Assembly: GCA_964558085.1 (NCBI GenBank)
Contig: CAZLBY010000002.1
Coordinates: 266,530-330,529 of the forward strand
Source: an uncultured Caldisericales bacterium
Lineage (GTDB): Bacteria > Caldisericota > Caldisericia > Caldisericales > Caldisericaceae
DNA length: 64,000 nucleotides
Reading direction: 5' to 3'
Position 1 is the stretch's first letter; each line of letters begins with the position of its first letter. The position numbers were made by a program, and so were the translations under genes. Below, piece after piece: positions 58,724 through 64,000 of this stretch. The notes under the pieces were generated by a model, which saw only the letters and a program-made list of their open reading frames with translations, searched no databases and was not told the DNA's origin.

Positions 58724-61233
58724 CCTTTTGCCTCTCTCAGATTGTTACCATACGCAATATTCACTACTAACGGCACAGAAAGGGGGCAAGCAGATTCCAT
58801 TTCTTCTTTTACAATTTGCTTCACTTTCTCAATTCGCTCACTACCTACTTCAAGAACTAATTCATCGTGAATTTGTAGTACAATATGGTCACCACTATCT
58901 TTTATCCTGTTAAACACCTTTACCATTGCAATTTTTATAATATCAGCAGCGCTCCCCTGAATAGGAGTATTTATAGCAAATCTCCTTGCCTCATCCTTCG
59001 CTCTGCCGACACCAACATCTAAACCTAAAATTTTTCTTCTGCGTCCAAAAATTGTTCTTGCCTCGCCTGTTTTTATCGCACTTTCCACAAGCTCCTCTAA
59101 AAATTCCTGAACAGTTGGAAACCTGGCAAAATATCTGTTAATATATTCTTTTGCTTCATAAGCAGAACAGCCTAGCTGCTTTGCAGCACCATAAGGTGAC
59201 ATTCCATATATAATTCCAAAATTAAGAATTTTAGCACTTCTCCTCATTTCTTTTGTAACTTCCTCATCTTTTACGTTAAACACAAGGGATGCTGTGCGTG
59301 TATGAATATCAGCACCAGTCATAAATGCATTAATAAGGTTTTTATCCTTGGATAGATGAGCGAGTATTCTTAACTCAATTTGCGAATAGTCTGCACTAAG
59401 CAAAAAATGCCCATCCGAGGCAATAAATCCAGCTCGTATCTTTTCGCCCCAGTCAGTCCTGATAGGTATATTCTGTAAATTTGGTTTTGAACTCCGCAAC
59501 CTCCCCGTAATTGTACCCAGTTGATGAAATGTCGTATGTAACCGAAAATCCTCTTTAGACGCAAGTTTTGGTAAGGTTACAATGTAACCAGAATACAATT
59601 TAGAAAGGCTTCTATACTCTAGTACAAGTGAAATTATAGGATGCTCTAAGATAAGATCTGATAATACTGCACTGCTCGTTGAATATCCTGTTTTTCCCAT
59701 CTTTGATGGATTTAATCCTAAATTATCAAAAAGCACAGCTGCAAGTTGTTTTGATGAGTTAATATTGAAAGAAATACCGGAAAGATCATATATCTTATTT
59801 TCTAATACCTCAAGCTCTTTTTCAATCTCACTTTTTAAATTCTCAAAATATTTCACATCGATTTTTATACCAGTAATTTCCATGCCAGCCAATAACTCTG
59901 ATAGTGGTTTTTCTACATTATTGTAAAGCTCCATAAGACCGCGTTCTTCTAACTCCTTATCTTCAATATATGAAAGTTGCAAAAGTTGTTTGGCATGTTC
60001 AGACAAAGACTCCCCCCCGAAGAACACGGAAAATGCATCGCATAACTCTTTGATGGAGTAATTTCTTATATCTGGATTAAGAAGATGCCCTGCAAGTGCC
60101 AAATCAAGATGAATATTTGATAGTTTAACTCCATAATGGCATGCTACTTTGCAAAGTTCCTTTAAGTTAAGAATTTCTTTCTTTTTATCGTTTTCAAGCA
60201 GATCTTTTAAGATTTTTAGCGCCTTCGTGTTGGCAAAAAGTTCTTCCCCAATGTTAAATTCTTCCACATTTTTCTGCGTAGCAATAGCAAAATGCTGAAC
60301 TTGTCCATTTCTTGCCTCAATATACAATCCTATTCGATCATCTGTTTCGATATGCGCATTTTTATTATTTAAATTTATTCCAAGTTCATTTAAAAGGCTA
60401 GTAAATTCAAAGCGGCTTAAAATATTTTTTAGCTCTTCTTCATTAAATCCACTTAACTTCATTTCATCAATATTAAAATCTATCGGTGCATCAAGCATTA
60501 GTGTGCACAACTCTTTTCCGCTAATTAGACGATCTTTATATTGTTCAATAAGATCGCCTTTCTTAATCTCGCCCGTATGTAATAACAACTCTTCGACATT
60601 TCCATACTCAGATAGAAGTTTTGCTGCCGTTTTTGGACCTATACCCGGTAAACCAGGAATATTATCAGAAGGATCTCCCGTTAAAGCCTTAAAATCTGGT
60701 ATTTGCTCAGGATAAACACCTAATATTTCTTTAAGCCGTTCTCTGTCTAATTCCTCGAGGATTGTAACCCCTTTTCGTGTAACCTTTATCTTAATCTTTT
60801 CTGATATAAGCTGCGTGAGATCCATGTCACCTGAAATAACAACTGTTAAAAATTCATTTTTTTCAGCAGCTTTTGCTATCGTTCCTATTATATCATCTGC
60901 CTCATATCCATCCATTTCATATACATTAATATTCAATGCCTCAAGCAATTCATGTATTGTTGTGAACTGAGGAGACAATTCATCTGGCATGGGAGGACGT
61001 TGTGCTTTATACTCTTTGTACTGTATATGCCTTTTTGTAGGAGCTCTCCTATCGAACGCGATAGCTAGATACTGAGGCTTTTCGTCCTTTAAAACGCGCA
61101 AAAGCATTCTAATAAACCCGTACAAGGCACCTGTAGGTTCATTGTTTTTTGTAACAAAATGAGGAAGAGCAAAAAAAGCTCTATACATAATACTGCTTCC
61201 GTCTATTAGTACTAATTTTTCCATATTCGTCAC
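58720..61233 (-). CDS. polA: DNA polymerase I
   Basis: The 837-aa protein has a 5'-3' exonuclease/FEN N-terminus (LVLIDGSSIMYRAFFA). Its C-terminal pol A motifs are DYSQIELR, RRSAKILNFGIIYG and QIHDELVLE. Confidence 0.9.
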   Translation of the reverse strand: MTNMEKLVLIDGSSIMYRAFFALPHFVTKNNEPTGALYGFIRMLLRVLKDEKPQYLAIAFDRRAPTKRHIQYKEYKAQRPPMPDELSPQFTTIHELLEALNINVYEMDGYEADDIIGTIAKAAEKNEFLTVVISGDMDLTQLISEKIKIKVTRKGVTILEELDRERLKEILGVYPEQIPDFKALTGDPSDNIPGLPGIGPKTAAKLLSEYGNVEELLLHTGEIKKGDLIEQYKDRLISGKELCTLMLDAPIDFNIDEMKLSGFNEEELKNILSRFEFTSLLNELGINLNNKNAHIETDDRIGLYIEARNGQVQHFAIATQKNVEEFNIGEELFANTKALKILKDLLENDKKKEILNLKELCKVACHYGVKLSNIHLDLALAGHLLNPDIRNYSIKELCDAFSVFFGGESLSEHAKQLLQLSYIEDKELEERGLMELYNNVEKPLSELLAGMEITGIKIDVKYFENLKSEIEKELEVLENKIYDLSGISFNINSSKQLAAVLFDNLGLNPSKMGKTGYSTSSAVLSDLILEHPIISLVLEYRSLSKLYSGYIVTLPKLASKEDFRLHTTFHQLGTITGRLRSSKPNLQNIPIRTDWGEKIRAGFIASDGHFLLSADYSQIELRILAHLSKDKNLINAFMTGADIHTRTASLVFNVKDEEVTKEMRRSAKILNFGIIYGMSPYGAAKQLGCSAYEAKEYINRYFARFPTVQEFLEELVESAIKTGEARTIFGRRRKILGLDVGVGRAKDEARRFAINTPIQGSAADIIKIAMVKVFNRIKDSGDHIVLQIHDELVLEVGSERIEKVKQIVKEEMESACPLSVPLVVNIAYGNNLREAKG

Positions 61234-61251
61234 CCTTTGTTATATACTATA

Positions 61252-63246
61252 TTAATACCCATTGATTTCTCCAAATCTTAACTGAGTATTTTTCAATCTT
61301 TCTAATAAGTTTTGTGGAAAATATGCCACATCGGCATAAAAAGGTGAATTATCAAATTTAAACTGTCTACCCGCTAATAAAAATGTTCTTCCTTCGTGTT
61401 CCAGGATCACTGAATAATTATCGCTTAAGCCTGGAACAAGCCTGAAAGTCATATCCCCAAAATGAATTTTGTCAGCATCTGAAACTGTATATATATGAGT
61501 TTTTCCATTATTTAGAGCAATAAAAGCTTTCTGAAGATCGCTTTCAATCTTTGGGAGAACAATGCTTTTCACGGAAAATTGCTCTATAAGCTGAACACTA
61601 CTAGATTCCTTTTGCTTAAACGGCGCATTAAAAACCATGAGATCGATTTTGTTTATACCCCTCTCTTTCAATGCAAGTTGTATAGAATACAAATCTTTAT
61701 CTTCGCTTGTTAAATAGGTTGGAGAGCTTATATATACAACATCGTTACCAGATTGAACGATAAAACCATCTTCGCCAGAAAGTTGAAGTGGTGTAATACA
61801 GAACCCCGGCCTTACAAAAATGGAAGCAGCTACTAATAAAATGAGTGAAATAAAAACAAGGTTTCTCCATCTCCTTTTTGTAGTGTAAGAGAAAATAAGA
61901 AGAGAAATAACGACAAAGTATGCTACCACAAAATAGCCATTAAACTGTATATTTAATGATGCAAAAGGTATTTTTGAAAACATTTTTACCAGAGAAAAAA
62001 GAATAGAAAAAAAGAAATTTGTTACAGGAGCAAAAAACAGTGCTAATCGAAAACTCAGTACAGTTAAAATAAGTTGTATCAAACTAATAGGCATAAGGAG
62101 ATACAAAAATGGAATTACAATAAAATTTGCAATAATTGCAACAAGTGATACAGCATGAAAATAATAGGCAAAAAGAGGAAAAAGTAGGAGCTGAACAGAA
62201 AACGCTTCTGTAAGCATCTTAAAGCCAAAATTTTGCGGAAGACGCTGATAAAGAAGCGGCGCAATAATTAAAATGGCAAAAATAGCAAGAAAGGATAACT
62301 GGAAACTCACCGAAAGAAGGGCAAATGGATTGACAAGAAGTATAATAAGTGCTGCGAAAGAAAGCGTGTTAAGTGGTATAAGTTCTTTCCCGGTCGCTTT
62401 AGCAAGCACACAAGCACCATACATAAAAAATGCACGGAGAGCAGAAACCCTGAACCCAACAAGAAAAAGAAAAAAAGCAAGTATCACAAACGAAAACTCA
62501 TAAGCAAATGGAGTAAACAAGGTCAAAGCTTTATAAGAAGTCTCCCCCAAAATCCCGAAGTGCAGCCCCGATATAGCGAAAAGGTGTGCAGTGCCTGTCT
62601 CTATAAATGGCAATTTTTCATCACTTGTCATCGATGAAATGCCGGGCACTGATGAAAGAAAGAGAAAAGCTTCTTCACTTTTCATAGAGAGAAGTATCCT
62701 ATCCTCTATCGTACCTCTAAGGTCAGTAAAAAAATCGAAAAGAGCAAAACTTCGGGTCACAGAAACGTCTTTACCAAAGATTGTATAGTTACATCCTGTA
62801 AATTTTTGAAAATTAACCTGGGAGCTATTTTTAGAAATAATTCCTTTCACAACCACAGTGCTGAAAGGCGCAGGAGCTGTTTCTGCATATACTCTTGCGC
62901 TGCCTGCAAATTTTTCTCCCTCTATAGATAAATGTGAAATTTCAAAATTCTTTGTATAACCTGTCCCTTTAGAAAATTCTTTAACCTTTCCTGCAATCTG
63001 AATTTCCACACCACATAGACGCTCTGGAATTTCAGGATTTTTAAAAGGAGTCACAGCCAGGGTCGTCGTGAAAATACCTAAGATAAAGAAAAGAATGATA
63101 TAAATATAGTACCGCTTATCGACAAGAAGCAAAAGAAATAATACAAACAAAAAAATAATGCATAGAACAAGAAAATTTCTATTAAAAATAGAAAGTAATG
63201 AAAAAATACCCGCAATTTCTCCAAGTAAAGCAAATAATGCAGGCAT
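61252..63246 (-). CDS. comEC: ComEC/Rec2-family DNA internalisation channel protein
   Basis: The protein is polytopic. It contains the competence-domain motif TGTAHLFAISGLHFGIL. Its C-terminal soluble region is degenerate and metallo-beta-lactamase-like. Confidence 0.75.
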   Translation of the reverse strand: MPALFALLGEIAGIFSLLSIFNRNFLVLCIIFLFVLFLLLLVDKRYYIYIILFFILGIFTTTLAVTPFKNPEIPERLCGVEIQIAGKVKEFSKGTGYTKNFEISHLSIEGEKFAGSARVYAETAPAPFSTVVVKGIISKNSSQVNFQKFTGCNYTIFGKDVSVTRSFALFDFFTDLRGTIEDRILLSMKSEEAFLFLSSVPGISSMTSDEKLPFIETGTAHLFAISGLHFGILGETSYKALTLFTPFAYEFSFVILAFFLFLVGFRVSALRAFFMYGACVLAKATGKELIPLNTLSFAALIILLVNPFALLSVSFQLSFLAIFAILIIAPLLYQRLPQNFGFKMLTEAFSVQLLLFPLFAYYFHAVSLVAIIANFIVIPFLYLLMPISLIQLILTVLSFRLALFFAPVTNFFFSILFSLVKMFSKIPFASLNIQFNGYFVVAYFVVISLLIFSYTTKRRWRNLVFISLILLVAASIFVRPGFCITPLQLSGEDGFIVQSGNDVVYISSPTYLTSEDKDLYSIQLALKERGINKIDLMVFNAPFKQKESSSVQLIEQFSVKSIVLPKIESDLQKAFIALNNGKTHIYTVSDADKIHFGDMTFRLVPGLSDNYSVILEHEGRTFLLAGRQFKFDNSPFYADVAYFPQNLLERLKNTQLRFGEINGY

Positions 63247-63848
63247 TAATAGACGACTATGAGATCCTTTATGTTTTCAAATGTTCCCTCGCCAATCCTC
63301 GAAACATTCATAATATCTCTAATATCTCTGAACAAACCATAATCCTTCCTGTACTGAACAATATAATTAGCTATTGTTTCTCCGATTCCAGGCAATGTCT
63401 CGAGTTCCTTAGCTGAGGCAGTGTTGATATTTATCTTTCCGTTACTGTTTGCGCCTGCAGTACTACTCGAATTGCCTGAATCGTTTGAATCGCTTGAATC
63501 TGATAAAGATACTTGTTTAGTCGGTACAACAATTTCTTCTCCATCTTGCACTTTCCTTGCAAAGTTTATCGCAACAAGGTCTGCGTCTTCTGTGGGGCCA
63601 CCAGCTTTTTCTATTGCATCTTTTACGATGCTGTTTATAGGAAGTTCGTATACATCGGGGTTATTAACTGCACCTACTACATAACTGGTAATATAAATAG
63701 GTTCTTCCGAATTTTCAATCACTACTTGTTCAGAAGGCACTACCTTCGTTTCTACAAGGTTTTTTCCCACAATCATACCTGTCCCCAGCATAACCGCACC
63801 CACCAAAACAACTACACTAATCCATTGCTTTAAAGATAAGTCCTTCAT
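63246..63848 (-). CDS. comEA: ComEA-family DNA receptor (helix-hairpin-helix)
   Basis: The protein has an N-terminal transmembrane helix and an SLBB-like domain. Its C-terminal tandem HhH is INTASAKELETLPGIGETIANYIV. Confidence 0.8.
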   Translation of the reverse strand: MKDLSLKQWISVVVLVGAVMLGTGMIVGKNLVETKVVPSEQVVIENSEEPIYITSYVVGAVNNPDVYELPINSIVKDAIEKAGGPTEDADLVAINFARKVQDGEEIVVPTKQVSLSDSSDSNDSGNSSSTAGANSNGKININTASAKELETLPGIGETIANYIVQYRKDYGLFRDIRDIMNVSRIGEGTFENIKDLIVVY

Positions 63849-64000
63849 TGTGCCTCCTAATTCATATATCTTCCTATATTAATTTATATATTAACCAGGT
63901 GCTTCTGCTTAAATATCTTTTATTTATTTAAGTTAGAAAATTTCTTAAATGTAGATTTTCCTGCATATATTGCAGCACTTCCCAATTCCTCTTCTATACG

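Noticed and set aside
1-64000. CRISPR arrays or cas operon to go with the Cas4-like gene
   Set aside because: No ORF-free stretch longer than ~550 bp exists, and that one holds rpsU. I saw no regularly spaced direct repeats and no other cas-like genes.
1-64000. Prophage, integrative element or transposon
   Set aside because: No integrase, transposase, terminal inverted repeats or obvious compositional island was found. Gene content is housekeeping with conserved synteny.
63849-64000. Possible start of a further minus-strand gene at the window edge
   Set aside because: Too little sequence is available to support a call.

Overview
This is an AT-rich (roughly one-third GC by eye) bacterial chromosomal segment. 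It is almost entirely protein-coding, and gene order and content resemble Clostridia/Firmicutes-like, possibly thermophilic, lineages.

Main gene blocks, in order:
- A BMP-type (nucleoside/sugar) ABC transporter followed by a threonine-synthase-family gene.
- An rpsU (ribosomal protein S21) gene below the 60-aa ORF-track cutoff, with its own promoter and terminator.
- deoC-recO-glyQ-glyS-ppdK-dgt-dnaG-sigA.
- A nucleoside phosphorylase / psuG / methyltransferase operon.
- Rrf2 regulator / Mrp-ApbC / unknown membrane-anchored protein.
- A convergent ECF sigma / anti-sigma pair.
- ccdA-rbfA-nrnA-sppA-yip1-pcrA-thioesterase.
- A coiled-coil / SPFH-zinc-ribbon / DUF2207 membrane module.
- PBP1A-serS-tRNA-Ser(UGA)-(nadE remnant)-uvrB-patatin.
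- On the minus strand: aminotransferase, DUF503 and an MsmK-like sugar ABC ATPase.
- An alpha-glucan/glycogen cluster: a frameshifted GH57 gene, an intact GH57 gene, a GalT-like nucleotidyltransferase, glgA, pgm and pgi; no glgC is visible.
- ctpA-gmk.
- A minus-strand block of a P-loop kinase-like protein, a secreted BNR/Cu-amine-oxidase-N1 protein, a standalone Cas4-like Fe-S PD-(D/E)XK nuclease, coaE, polA, comEC and comEA.

Not found: integrases, transposases, CRISPR arrays, rRNA genes, or any large ORF-free island.

Candidate systems of interest, all inferred from gene content and adjacency only:
- The phosphorylase-PsuG-methyltransferase operon.
- The glgC-less glycogen cluster with a GalT-like enzyme.
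- The SPFH/DUF2207 membrane module.
- The kinase/BNR/Cas4-like block.
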